A DNA stretch of 64,000 nucleotides from positions 255,440,001 through 255,504,000 of the forward strand of contig OZ024742.1 in the NCBI GenBank assembly GCA_964016885.1, written 5' to 3'. The notes below the pieces were generated by a model. That model was not told the DNA's origin. It did not search any database and worked only from the letters and a program-made list of their open reading frames with translations. How positions within the stretch are numbered: position 1 is the first letter of the stretch; the number at the start of each line of letters is the position of its first letter. The position numbers and the translations under genes are program-made. Shown here piece by piece: positions 40,774-53,240 of the stretch. This DNA is from Eledone cirrhosa. Its lineage: Eukaryota.

Positions 40774-41826
40774 CAAAGGAAATGTGGTAAGGAACCAGAT
40801 GGACCATAACGCACCAGAGTACTCAATACTTAAGGTAGTAGAGTGGGAAATAGGAAGAAGTCCAGAAATAGCGGGCGAAACGGCTTGAGCTCTGCCGTCG
40901 GGGTCATACTTTTTCCTATATATATATATTCGATAGATATATGTATGTGTCAGTGACTATGTTTATGGTTGTGTCTGTTTGTCTTTAAGAATATCAACAA
41001 AATAAGTACCAGGCTTAAAAATGAATTACTGTGTTCAATATATTCACCTAAATAAAAGCAGTTCCTGATCATGGTGGCAGTCTAATGACTGAAACTATTA
41101 AAAGGACAAAATATTATGTAGTTTCCTATTTGACAATGTGTGAATTTGAGAATGTTTGGAGCAAATATTTGTTGATGAAATAATCAGGGAAGTACCATCA
41201 ATTGAGAGTGATCAGATAAAAAAGATCACCAATCAGAGAAGGGTAAGAGCATTTAAACTGGTGAACATGTTCTGACGACTTTCTCTTTCTCTTGCCAATT
41301 GCGCAATTTGAACGCATACGTAGTCCTAATATTCCTTATAGTATAAGATATCGTTTACATTCTTATTTACTGTGTTTATTCATTTATTTTACTTCTATTA
41401 GCGCCCCCCCTCATCCTCCTCCTTCTCATCATCATCATCATCGTCGTCGTCGTCGACGTCGTCATCATCATCCCCGTCATCCTCATTGTCATCATCATCA
41501 TCATTATTATTTTCTCAGCATTACGTCTTTCTTCTGTCGGTATTTGTATTGTTAGATATCAAGCTGTCTCATGTAGCCATAGGTGTATCTAATACCTTTC
41601 CTATGGTTCTTGCTGTGCCAAACATCAAACTTTCTGTAGAGTTAAGAAATTCCTTATTATATTCAAGATCTTCAATTAACATTTCATGCTAACGTCCCTA
41701 TGGTTCTTATTAAAATTGAGAAGATAGCAACGTTACGGTAATTCCAAATTCTCTACATTTGGCATTTCAGTGTTTGGTTTGATTTAATTTTCAGGTGTCT
41801 ATTATTATCAATATTATTATTATTTG

Positions 41827-42185
41827 ACGGCGGTAGATTGGCAATATCAAAAGAGCGACAGACATCATGCTTTGTGGAATAGATTTACGGCTCTTTACGC
41901 CTGAGTTCAAATCCCACTGTGGTTAGTTTTGCCTTTCATCCTTTAGGGGTCGATATAAAAGTACCACTCACGCACTGGGGTCAATTTAATCAACTTTCTC
42001 CTCCGACAAAATGACTGGCCTTGCGCCTAAATCAAAAACCATTATTGAGTTATCCCGAAATTATCTTTGCCTTTCATCCTTACGTGGTTGATAAAATAAA
42101 GCACCAGTAATGCACTGGGGTTGATTTAATCGACTTTCCGCTCTCCCCGAAATTGTTGGCCTTGTGTCTAAATCAGAAATCATTA
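41827..42185 (+). mobile_element. Two tandem family A SINEs (second 5'-truncated)
   Basis: Head follows (att)n; cores at ~41930 and ~42067. Confidence 0.85.
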
Positions 42186-42659
42186 TAATAATTAGCAGAA
42201 AAACCGCCCTTCGCGTGGTTTTCTGCTAGCATGTGTAGTGTTCATATTGATATTATACATGAATATATATGCATGTAGATATGATACGTCAAAAAAAATC
42301 GTAATTGAAAATATGCACAGAAATTGAAGAGAGACTGTGTTACACTGTCTTCTGTAAACAGTAAAATAATCCATAATACATTTAAAAAAGATGATATTAT
42401 ATATAAACTGCATTACGGTTAAATGTAATGAAAACGAAAAAGAAGAAAATTAGTGACAGAAATAAAAATGTTATGATATAACGATGCAAATATATGAATG
42501 TTTATATAAGCGATATGTGGTATAGCGTCCGTTATATCATAATCGGAAGTATTAACATTTCAAAATAATTAAAAGAATGGAATCTTAAAATAAGCAATCA
42601 TTATATATAAAACTATTTATGTTAAATCAACAGCTACGAAATTTAGTACCTAAATTATA

Positions 42660-42850
42660 TAATTGTTTCTACTTTTGGCACAAGGCCAGCAATTATCCCA
42701 GTGTATTACTGGTACTTTATTTTATCGACCCCGTAAGGATGAAAGGCAAAGTTAACCGCGGCGGGATTTGAACTCAGACCATAAAGGGCCGTAACTCTTT
42801 GCTGCAAAGCATGGCGTCTGACCTTCTACCGATACTGCCAATCCACCGCC
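42660..42850 (-). mobile_element. SINE family A, near consensus
   Basis: Complete ggcggtggattggcagtatcggtag...gagttcaaatcc...gtagaaacaatt. Confidence 0.92.
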
Positions 42851-42907
42851 GGGATTAAAAAATATAAAACGGACGCACTCCTCCCTTTATTATAGTATAG
42901 ATTTGAG

Positions 42908-43065
42908 AACGGCAGATTGGCAATATCGATAGAGCGACGCACAACATGTTTTACGACATAGAGCTACGGCTTCGTATGTTCTGAGTTTAAATCCCGCTGA
43001 TGTTAGATCCTTTTGCGGTCGATAAAATACAGTACTAATAACGTACTGTGGTCGATTTAATCTAG
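42908..43065 (+). mobile_element. SINE family A, degraded
   Basis: cggcagattggcaatatcgatag head and gagtttaaatcc. Confidence 0.7.
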
Positions 43066-43084
43066 TCCAAACTCTATTTTAATA

Positions 43085-43330
43085 TCATCACTGAACTGCT
43101 TCACAGTGGATAATAGCCCTTCCAATTGCTCATCATTTTTTGCAAATAGTTTCAGGTCATCCATGTAGAACAAGTGATTAATGGTTTTGTCATAGACTTT
43201 ATATCATTGTTTCATTGAGCATTTTACTTAATGATATAAGTGCTATGCAGAATAAAAGCGGTGATAAAGAGTCACTCTGAAAAATTCCACAATTAATATT
43301 AACTTCTCCAGCTTCCAGTGATTTAAACAT
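43085..43330 (-). pseudogene. R4/Dong-like RT fragment
   Basis: INCGIFQSDSLSPLLFCIALI...INHLFYMDDLKLFAKN, homologous to the 48441-51833 ORF. Confidence 0.85.
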
Positions 43331-43355
43331 TTTATTATTATTATTATTATTATTA

Positions 43356-43463
43356 TTCAAATCCCGCCGAGGTTGACTTTGCCTTTCATCCTTACGGGGT
43401 CGATAAAATAAAGTACCAGTAATGAACTGAGTAATTGCTGGCCTTGTGCCTAAAGTAGAAACA

Positions 43464-43494
<31 letters not shown>

Positions 43495-43692
43495 GGGCGG
43501 TGGATTGGCAGTATCGGTAGAAGGTCGGTCGCTATGCTTTGCAGCATAGAGTTACGGCCCTTTATTAACTGAGTTCAAATCCCGCCGATGTTAACTTTGC
43601 CTTTCATCCTTACGTCAAACAAATAAAGTACCAGTAATACACTGGGGTAATAGCAGGCTTTGTGCCAAAAGTAGAAACAATGATTGTTATTA
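43356..43692 (+). mobile_element. Two tandem family A SINEs separated by (ATT)n
   Basis: 43356-43464 (5'-truncated) and 43495-43680 (full), with (TTA)n at 43332-43357 and 43465-43494. Confidence 0.92.
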
Positions 43693-44877
43693 GTCAACAT
43701 CCGTTGCGTGGAGGACTGGGCATGCCATGGCTGATGATGCGCAAACATGCGCTGAGGCTGCGACATCTCTGGTGCTTCATTGATAGTGAACGGGTGTGGT
43801 CGCCGTTCGCCAAGCACGTTTTCCCACAGCTCGTCTACTTGACGGAGCTGCAGTCCTGGATCAGAAAAAGACCGAAGCAAAGCGCTTGGAAACTGGAATG
43901 TCTCCAGGCGCTCACTGCCCTCTCCCAGCTGGGCACCAGTATCGGTGGAACATGCACCTAGGCGTTCTATAGAGGACTAGTGGAGGGGAAGAGCGACGAC
44001 GTTCTCGGAGAGATCCTGGGCGTCGAAGAAGATCAGCTGTTTGCTCTCTTCCGGAGAACTTTCAGCCCGAGGCCTATGGATAACTTCCAAAATCCCTGGC
44101 CTGGCAGTGGTACCGGGGAGCGCTGCCGGTTCGAGATAAGCTCTACAGGCACGGAAGTGCCGTCAGCCGAGCCTGTCCGAGATGCGCGCAGACTGACGAA
44201 ACCGTTGTGTACGCACTCGTTCAGTGCCCGAGCATTGCTGACTTGTGGAGCTATGTCGAACAGTTGATGTCGCGTGTTGGACTGATCCGGTTGTTGACCG
44301 AGTCCATTGTGCAGATGGTCTCGCCATCTTCCTTCTAGGAGGAAGGGCAGGCGGTTTTCATCTGCCTGGTGGCCATGGCGAAAGATATTGTGTGGTGGAC
44401 AAGGTTAAAAGGGTTAAAGACAAACACTTTCCTCTTCGGCGAATCCCTAATTAACTTTTTCAAGTTTCACTTGAAGAGGAATATCAGGGTGGAGAGGCAA
44501 GTGCTGCTTTCTAGCAAGTTTGTTGAAAGGTGGGTGAATGTAGCGAGAATGGTCCGAGTGAATATACGCCTGTAGATTGAGAAATGGAAAAATTGAGAGA
44601 GGGCGCTTGCCCTGGTGTCAGGGTGGCCGTGGTCTTTTGTGTGGTTTTCGCCACGAGTAACCCTCAGAGGTTTCGCCCCTATTGGGGAATTTTTAATTGT
44701 TTCAATTTTCATTTTTATTGTTTATATATATATATGTTTCTATGTCTTTTTTTTCTTTTCTTATATAAATAATAAAAATATTTACACGCACAAAACACAC
44801 ATCGTACCGTCCTGTACCGCCCTGTGCCGTCTGTAATGTTTTTCTTGATGTAAGCCCTTGTGGCCAATAAAGAAATC
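43693..44877 (+). mobile_element. 5'-truncated Tx1-like element (same subfamily as 53.3-59.3 kb)
   Basis: Colinear with 58120-59319. Ends cccttgtggccaataaagaaatc followed by (ATT)n. Confidence 0.95.
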
Positions 44878-44901
44878 ATTATTATTATTATTATTATTAT
44901 T

Positions 44902-47900
44902 GTCCTTTGAGTCTCAGTCATTGATGTTATTTAACTAGAAATTTTGTTGAAATGAATATCAAGCCGCTACCTGCAGCCTCAGATATTCAGGAGTGTTTTG
45001 CTGTTCCCAGCAAGCATGCCTTTTGAAATGTTACAAAAAGCGGGGCTGGACTAATCTTCTTTAACCATCATTGGAAACTCTTTGAGATACTATCTAGTGC
45101 ACCTATGACTATCGGGACGACCTTGATTTCATGGCAGTTCCAAATCCTTTTTAAGTCCCACTTTAAATACTGGTATCGGTTAATTTCTCCCTCTCCTTTT
45201 CTTGCACTCTCGTGTCAAATGCGCAGGCTACATCTACAACCAGGCACGATCTTTTTCCTTGTCCAAAACCACCAGGTCAGGCATATTGTGTTCTAATTTC
45301 TTGTCTGTCTGTATCCTGAAATCCCACAGCACCTTCACTTGATCGTTTTCTATCACCGACTCTGGCTTATGCTCATACCACTTCTCCGAATGTGGTAAAT
45401 TGTTTACTTTGCATATGTGAGCCACAGTGTGAGCCGCAGTATCCTCTCTCTCTCTCCACATATCCTGCATAGTGGGCTAGCCTCCTCCTTGTAAATATGG
45501 TGTTTCAACCACTTCGTTTTGAGGGCCTGCTCTTGCTCAGCCATTAGCATTCCTTCTGTAGCCTTTTTAAGGTCTCCTCTTTTCAACCAGTTCCATGTCT
45601 GTGGATCTCTAAATTCGGTTTTCTCAAAGAAGGTACTATGAAGGGACTTTTCATGAAGGTTGCTCTTTCTCCTTGTTGTTATTTCCTCCTTGGACATCCC
45701 CTGGTCTATTGTCCTCTCCTTCATTACAATTCTGAGCATTGGCTCCCTACTATCAGCCACGTATTTGTGTAGGTTGTTTTTCGCCATCTGAACACAGTTT
45801 TCTATGCTGATAAGACCTCTTCCACCTTCAGATCTCCTTAAGTAGAGTCTATCGACATCACTCCTTTTGTGGAACATGTTGTAGATAGTCAATAGCTTCC
45901 TAGTCTTCCTATCCATTTCCTTTTGTTCAGCAACATTCCATTTCAGAATTCCCGCACTGTACCTAATAATAGACACAGCTCGGGAATTCACCTCACTTAT
46001 GACATTCCTACTATTTAGATGTGATTTTAATACACTCCTTACACTCCTTATGTACTCAGATCTTATAAATTCCTTCATTTTTTAGTTCTTGATATCATCT
46101 GCCTCCAGGACACCGAAATACTTGTATCCTTCTTCAGTGTCAATTTCCTTTATCATCTCACCTGTTGGTACCTGGATTCCGTTCCTTCTGCTCAATTTAC
46201 ACCTCTTCATCACAAGGACTCCATACTTATTAATACCAAATTGCATACATATATCATTGCTGAAAATACGGACAGTGTCAACAAGTACATCCAACTCATT
46301 TTCACTCTTCCCAAAGAGTTTAAGATCGTCCATGAAGAGGAGGTGGTTGATGGTAAGCTCTCCTTTTCCCAACTTGTATCCTGCTCTCACTTTTCGCAAT
46401 ATAACGGCCAGGGATATCAGGGCAAGGACAAACAGCAGAGGGGACAAACTATCTCCCTGGAAGATACCTCTCTTGATCTTCACGCCTCCCAAGGATTCTC
46501 CACCTGATGTTAACTCTGTTTCCCAGGACTTCATACTTTTGCCCTACAACTGTCTGATGTTATCTGCCACCTTGAAGATATCTAGGGTGTTGGTTATCCA
46601 AGAATGAGGTACCGCGTCGAATGCCTTTTTGTAGTCTATCCATCCCATGGCAAGACCAGTGTGTCTCCTCTTGCAATTCCTCATTACCATATTATCAATA
46701 AGTAACTGGTCTTTTGTACCAGTGGACTTCTTTCGGCATCCTTTCTGTTAGTCCGATAACAAGTTGTTTATGTGGAGGTAATAGTAGATTTCCTCAGACA
46801 CAATGCTTGTTAACAGTTTCCACATTACGCACAGACATGTGATAGGTCTATAGTTGGTAATATACTTACCCTTGATTCGGTTTTTCATTACCAGAACTGT
46901 GGTACCTTTTGTCAACCACTCTGGTACCTCACCCGACGTCAACCAGTCATTCAACATGGTTGTCAATTTCGGGTGGAGGGATGTTATATTTTGATCCAAT
47001 ACCCCCTTCACACCATCTGGGCCTGGTGATTTCCAGTTGGTTAGTTTTTTGGCCTGCCCTTTAAGAGTTTCAAATGTGATACTCAAATCAGTTTGTTGGT
47101 GTGCTTGTTCACTAATATCCCTTTGTACTGTCTCAATCCACACTGCCTGATCATTATGTTCAACATCCTGCTCCCATATTCCTCTCCAGAATGTCTTAGT
47201 CTGTTCCGCCTCAGGGATCAAGTCGTTGCCTCTTCCATTCTCTTCAAGCTGTCCAAACAACATCTTCTGGTTGTTGTCAAACATGCGGTTCTGTCTATAC
47301 TGACTTACTCTGCTCTCATACCACCTAATATTTGCCCTCTTTGCTAAAATGCGTTGCTTCAGTCCCTCTATGATGATATTTAGCTTATTTCTCCTAGTTT
47401 TGTACTTTATTTCCAGTCTATTTTTAGTGTCTATGTTTTGTAGTGTCCCATTCAGTAGGAACTCAAGCTTTCCAATGTCATTTCTTATGTCCTTGATTTG
47501 ACCATTCAGTCGTTTCTTCCACCAAGGTGCTGATCTTTCTTGTTTGTTGTTTCCTCTTGTTTTTATGCCAAGTAATTTCCTCACCGCATTTGCTGTTGCT
47601 TTGAGGATATTGCTGCATTGGTGAAGGTTCCTCGCCTTAATGTATGGGATGACTTTGTTTACCTTAGCTGTTGTTTCTTTTAACTTTTTACTGTCTACAA
47701 ATCTTAGGTACATAGGTTTCCCACTATCATTGTTCATTTCATCTACCACTAAGTTTAGGATATCAACCAAATCTTGTCCTAGCCCGTCAGCATTCATTTC
47801 CTCAATGGCCGTATCTTTGTTTCAGATGTCATTTATTTCAGCATTTAGAGCCTTGTCTGCTCCGGATGCTTCCTCCGTTCTCTCAACCTCTTCACCTTCA

Positions 47901-48303
47901 TTTCCCACTGGCTCTTTTGCCTGGCATACTCCACTCTCCATTTCTAACATAATCTCTCTGCTCAGTTCCTCCAGTTCCAACTCGCTTATCCATCCATTAG
48001 TTCTTATTACCCGAGCCTGCCCGGCCAATTTTTGTTCATCTAATTTAAATAGACCTATCTCGTTCCAGATGTTATGCATCCGTTTCCTATAGCCTTTTTC
48101 CTTGGGGTTACTCTTCAGGTAACATTCCATGACAGTTCTATTCGATTCTTTCGTCCAATTGGTTTTTGTCCCTTTCCTTCTACTTCCTCCAACACCAGCA
48201 GTATTTGGATGACAGCCAGGTCCCTGCTGCTTGGCCAGGGGGCACTTGCTGGGTGAGAGTCTTTCAGATGACGTTCCAGTCTCCTGTTCACCGTTATTCG
48301 AAC
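44902..48303 (-). mobile_element. R4/Dong-like element copy A (degraded)
   Basis: Fragmented ORFs (47822-48130, 46748-47797, 46082-46534, 45404-46078, 45234-45470) are colinear with copy B. Flanked by (TAA)n. Confidence 0.95.
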
Positions 48304-48354
<51 letters not shown>

Positions 48355-48440
48355 GTTATTGTTATTCCTTGAATCTCAGTCATTGATGTTGGTTAACTGG
48401 AAAGTCCGTTGGATTGAATATCAAGCCACTACCTGCAGCC

Positions 48441-51400
48441 TCAGATATTCAGGACGTATCGGAGGGTTCTTGCCGTTCCAAGCAAGGATGCCTTTTGAAG
48501 CGTTCCAAAAAGCGTGAAGGGGCCGATTTTCTTTAACCATCCCTGGAAACCTTTGGAGATAGTCCCCAGTGCGCCTATGACAATCGGGATCACTTTGACT
48601 TCATGGCAGTTCCAAATCCTTTTCACCTCCCACTTTAGGTCCTGGTATCGGTTAATTTTCTCCCTCTCCTTCTCTTGCACTCTCGTGTCGAACGGGCAGG
48701 CCACATCCACAATCAGGCACGATCTTTTTTCTTTGTCCACAACCACCAGGTCAGGTCTATTGTGTTCCAGTCTTTTGTCCGTCTGTATCCTAAAATCCCA
48801 CAACACCTTCACCTGACTGTTCTCCATCACCGCCTCTGGCCTATGCTCATACCATTTCTCAGAATGTGGTAGATTGTTTACTTTGCACAGGTGCCAGTGG
48901 ATCACCCTGCCCATCACATCGTGTCTCCAGCCCTTATAGTGGGTCTGGGCTAGGTGTTTACACTCGGACACAATGTGGGCCACAGTCTCCTCTCTCTCTC
49001 CACAGATCCTGCACAGTGGGCTAGCCTCCTCCTTGTAGATATGGTGCTTCAACCACTTCGTTTTGAGGGCCTGCTCCTGCGCAGCCATTAGCATTCCTTC
49101 TGTAGCCTTTTTGAGGTCTCCTCTTCTCAACCAGTTCCATGTCTGTGGATCTCTAAATTCAGTTTTCTCAAAGAAGGTACTATGAAGGGATTTTCCCTTA
49201 AGGCTGCTCTTCCTCCTTGATGTTATTTCCTCCTTGGATATCCCCTGGCCTACTGTCCCCTCCTTCAGTACAGCTCTGAGCATTGGCTCCTTACTATAGG
49301 TCACGTATTTGTATAGGTTGTTTTTCTCCATCTGAACACAGTCCTCTATGCTGATAAGACCTCTTCCACCCTCAGATCTCCTTAGGTAGAGTCTATCGAC
49401 ATCACTCCTCTTGTGGAACATGTTGTAGATAGTCAATAGCTTCCTAGTCTTCCTATCCATTTCTTTTTGTTCAGCAACATTCCATCTCAGAATTCCCGCA
49501 CTGTACCTAATAATAGACACAGCTCGGGAATTTACTGCGCTTATGGCATTTCTGCTGTTCAGATGTGACTTCAATACGCTCCTTACTCTCCGAATGTATT
49601 CAGTTCTTAACAATTCCTTCATTTTTTTGTTCTTTATGTCATCAGCCTCCAGAACGCCCAAATACTTGTATCCTTCCTCAGAGTCAATTTCCTTTATCAT
49701 CTCACCTGTTGGTATCTGGATCCCGTTACTTCTGCTCAACCTACCCCTCCTCATCACAATGACTCCACATTTACCAATACCAAACTGCATACATATATCA
49801 CTGCTGAAAATACGGACAGTGTCAACAAGCACATCCAACTCCTTCTCACTTTTCCCGAAGAGCTTAAGATCGTCCATGAAGAGGAGGTGATTGATGGTAA
49901 GCTCTCCCCTTCCCAACTTGTATCCTGCTCTCACTTTTCGCAGCATAATGGTCAAGGGCATCAGGGCAAGGACAAACAACAGAGGGGACAGGCTATCTCC
50001 CTGGAAGATACCTCTCTTGATCTTCACGCTTCCCAAGGATACTCCAGTTGATGTCAACTCTGTCTCCCAGGACCCCATACTCCTGCCCAGCAACTGTCTG
50101 ATGTTATCTGCCACCCTGAAGATCTCCAGGTTTTTGGTGATCCAGGAATGAGGCACCATGTCAAATGCCTTTCTGTAGTCTATCCATCCCATGGCAAGAT
50201 CAGTGTGTCTCCTCCTGCAATTCCCCATTACCATCTTATCAATAAGCAACTGGTCCTTTGTACCACTTGACTTCTTTCGGCATCCTTTCTGTTCGTCCGG
50301 TAACAAGTTGTTTGTGTGGAGGTGATGGTAGATTTCCTCAGACACAATGCTCGTCAACAGTTTCCACATTACGGGCAGACATGTGATAGGTCTATAGTTG
50401 GTAACATCATTACCCTTGCTTCGGTCTTTCATTATCAGAACTGTGGTACCTTTTGTCAACCACTCTGGCACCTCACCCGACACCAAGCAGTCATTGAACA
50501 TGGCCGTCAGCTTCGGGTGGAGGGATGTTAAATGTTTAATCCAATACCCCTGCACACCATCTGGGCCTGGTGATTTCCAGTTGGTTAGTTTTTTGGCTTG
50601 CCCCTTAAGAGTTTCAACTGTGATACTCAAATCAGTCTGTTGTTGTGCCTGCTCACCGATCTCCCTCTGTACTGTCTCAATCCACCCTGCCTGGGCATTG
50701 TGTCTAACATCCTGCTCCCATATTCCTCTCCAGAATGTTTTAGCTTGTTCCGCCTCAGGGATCAAGTCGTTGCCTCTTTCTTTCCCCTCAAGCTGTCCAA
50801 ACAGCATCTTCTGGTTGTTGTCGAACATGCGGTTCTGTTTATACTGACTGACTCTGTTCTCGTATCGCCTGATTTTGGCACTCTTTGCTACAATGCGTTG
50901 CTTCAATTCCTCTATGATAATATTTAGCTTTTTACTCCTAGTTTTGTATTTTATTTCCAGTCTATTTTTAGTGCCTATGTTTTTTAGTGTCCCATTCAGT
51001 AGTGACTCAAGCTTTCCTATGTCATTTCTCATTTCCCCGATTTGCCCACTCAGTCGCTTCTTCCACCACGGCTCTGCTCTTTCTTGTCTGTTGTTTCCTC
51101 TCGCTTTTATACCAAGTAGTTTCCTCACCGTATTTGCTGTTGCTTTGAGGATATTGTTGCACTGGTGAAGACTCCTCGCCTCAAGGTATGGGATGACTTT
51201 GTTTACCTTAGCTGTTGTTTCTTTTAACTTTTTCCTGTCTACAAATCTTAGGTTCATAGGTCTCCCACTATCATTGTTCAACTCATCTACCACTAAATTT
51301 AGGATGTCAACCGAATCTTGTCCTAGCCCGTCAGCATTCATCTCCTCAGTGGCCGTATCTCTGTTCCAGGTATTATTTATCTCAGTATTCAGATCATTGT

Positions 51401-51833
51401 CTGCTTCGGGTGGTTCCTCCGTTCTCAGGACCTCCTCACCTTCATTTCCCGCCGGCTCGCCTGTCTGGCATACTACACCCGCCATCTCCAAGCCATTCTC
51501 TCTGCTCAGTTCCTCCAGTTCCAGCTCGCTTATCCACCCATTAGTTATTATTACCCGAGCCTGCCCGGCCAATTTTTGTTCATCTAATTTAAATAAACCA
51601 ATCTCGTTCCAGATGTTATGCATCCGTCTCCTGTAGCCCCTCTCCTTGGGGTTACTTTTCAGGTAGCATTGCATAACAGTTCTATTCAATTCTTTCGTCC
51701 AGTTGGTTCTGGCCCCTTTCCTTCTTCTTCTTCCTCCAACATCAGCAGTATTTGGTTGACAGTCAGGTTCCTGCTGCTGAGCCAGGGGGCACCTGTTGGG
51801 TGAGAGTCTGTCACATGACGTTCTAGTCTCCAT
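48441..51833 (-). CDS. R4/Dong-like RT plus restriction-like endonuclease, 1130 aa
   Basis: WKSPGPDG, YRPITCLP, IDYRKAFD, GIFQGDSLSP, FMDD, CRICGEREETVAHIVSEC (CCHC), RHD, RPDLVV...IVDVACP, EKINRY. No stop codons. Confidence 0.96.
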   Translation of the reverse strand: METRTSCDRLSPNRCPLAQQQEPDCQPNTADVGGRRRRKGARTNWTKELNRTVMQCYLKSNPKERGYRRRMHNIWNEIGLFKLDEQKLAGQARVIITNGWISELELEELSRENGLEMAGVVCQTGEPAGNEGEEVLRTEEPPEADNDLNTEINNTWNRDTATEEMNADGLGQDSVDILNLVVDELNNDSGRPMNLRFVDRKKLKETTAKVNKVIPYLEARSLHQCNNILKATANTVRKLLGIKARGNNRQERAEPWWKKRLSGQIGEMRNDIGKLESLLNGTLKNIGTKNRLEIKYKTRSKKLNIIIEELKQRIVAKSAKIRRYENRVSQYKQNRMFDNNQKMLFGQLEGKERGNDLIPEAEQAKTFWRGIWEQDVRHNAQAGWIETVQREIGEQAQQQTDLSITVETLKGQAKKLTNWKSPGPDGVQGYWIKHLTSLHPKLTAMFNDCLVSGEVPEWLTKGTTVLIMKDRSKGNDVTNYRPITCLPVMWKLLTSIVSEEIYHHLHTNNLLPDEQKGCRKKSSGTKDQLLIDKMVMGNCRRRHTDLAMGWIDYRKAFDMVPHSWITKNLEIFRVADNIRQLLGRSMGSWETELTSTGVSLGSVKIKRGIFQGDSLSPLLFVLALMPLTIMLRKVRAGYKLGRGELTINHLLFMDDLKLFGKSEKELDVLVDTVRIFSSDICMQFGIGKCGVIVMRRGRLSRSNGIQIPTGEMIKEIDSEEGYKYLGVLEADDIKNKKMKELLRTEYIRRVRSVLKSHLNSRNAISAVNSRAVSIIRYSAGILRWNVAEQKEMDRKTRKLLTIYNMFHKRSDVDRLYLRRSEGGRGLISIEDCVQMEKNNLYKYVTYSKEPMLRAVLKEGTVGQGISKEEITSRRKSSLKGKSLHSTFFEKTEFRDPQTWNWLRRGDLKKATEGMLMAAQEQALKTKWLKHHIYKEEASPLCRICGEREETVAHIVSECKHLAQTHYKGWRHDVMGRVIHWHLCKVNNLPHSEKWYEHRPEAVMENSQVKVLWDFRIQTDKRLEHNRPDLVVVDKEKRSCLIVDVACPFDTRVQEKEREKINRYQDLKWEVKRIWNCHEVKVIPIVIGALGTISKGFQGWLKKIGPFTLFGTLQKASLLGTARTLRYVLNI

Positions 51834-52426
51834 TTCACCGTTATTCGAACTGTTTATGTTCGATATTTAAACACTCTTATCGAGGATTGGCGAACGTATG
51901 TTTACATAGCCATCTGTGGATCCGCCATCCCACTTGGCCCTTGTGTGGCATTATCACCACGCTGTATACGGACACACATAAACAAACAAACACACGGGCA
52001 GAAAGGGCCCCAAAAATGAATAAGCATAAGTTTCATTGTAATGTAGTATTCGAATGTCTGACTTAGTTTTTGTTTTTTAAGTTTTACTTTTTCCCCCCTC
52101 TTCTCTGTCCGTCCGCCTGCTTCTCTCTTCATTCTTATTTTCTTTACGTTTTTGGGGTTTCTTTTTTTGTTTTTCTTTTTCTCTGTTTGTTTTTCTCGTT
52201 TTTTTTTTTGTTTTTTTTTGCTGTTGTTGCTGTGCTGCTTTGGTTTTGTTGTTTGTTTTTTCTTTTTTCTTTTGAGTCTATCTATATATTTTGATGCCTT
52301 CCTCTTTGTTAGTAGTAGGAATTCTATAATGTGGAAGTGGCAGCCAGCAGAGACTGGCGGCGTTGGCGATACTGAGACAGTGGTGGTGGTGATGTCGATA
52401 CCGAGGCAGTGGTGGCGGTGATGCGA

Positions 52427-53073
52427 CCGTATTACTGTAGTGATGGTGCTGTAGCGGTGGCAGCAGCAGTGAAGGAGTCAAGGGGTGGTGGCGGCGGTGA
52501 TGGGATAGTGGTGGTAATGATGGCCGTAGTGAGCGGTGGCGGTGAAGGTGAAAATGCTGTTGTGTTTAGTGTACACAGATGATGGGGTGGGTGGTGTATC
52601 TAGTTTCTGGTGTTGGTGAGTTTAGCTGTCCTATATAGTGTAGCCAGAGGAGAGGAGGGGGGGGGGTGTTCTTCTTCTTCCATTTATAGCCATTTTATTT
52701 TTTTTGGATATACAGTGTACAATACAAAGTTGAATATTTGAATATTTGAGCCGTATTACTGTAGTGATGGTGCTGTAGCGGTGGCAGCAGCAGTGAAGGA
52801 GTCAAGGGGTGGTGGCGGCGGTGATGGGATAGTGGTGGTAATGATGGCCGTAGTGAGCGGTGGCGGTGAAGGTGAAAATGCTGTTGTGTTTAGTGTACAC
52901 AGATGATGGGGTGGGTGGTGTATCTAGTTTCTGGTGTTGGTGAGTTTAGCTGTCCTATATAGTGTAGCCAGAGGAGAGGAGGGGGGGGGTTCTTCTTCTT
53001 CCATTTATAGCCATTTTTTTTTTTTTTTGGATATACAGTGTACAATACAAACTTGAATATTTGAATATTTGAG
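52427..53073. repeat. Tandem duplication of about 324 bp
   Basis: 52427-52750 and 52751-53073 are nearly identical, differing mainly in homopolymer runs. Confidence 0.95.
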
Positions 53074-53240
53074 CCTTATAACAATATATTTTGGGTCCGA
53101 ATTTTTTGGGGCTCAAGCCGGGTGCTTTACGTAGCATTTGTACTAAGAGTTGTTATTTCACAAATGATTTAAATATGTTAAAAATTCAAAACTTACGGGA
53201 GCGATTTCATGACCTCCGTCACCTCGTGCGTCTTCTTCCC

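Noticed and set aside
40850-40905. Hammerhead gtcc...gggc GAAAC ggc...gcc GTC
   Set aside because: Stems II and III are present, but the CTGA core and the stem I partner are missing. At most a truncated remnant.
42660-42850. tRNA gene
   Set aside because: A and B boxes are present but there is no cloverleaf. It is a multi-copy SINE head.
48514-51803. Plus-strand ORFs antisense to Dong (likewise antisense ORFs over Tx1)
   Set aside because: They are shadow ORFs of the real coding strand and carry no motifs.
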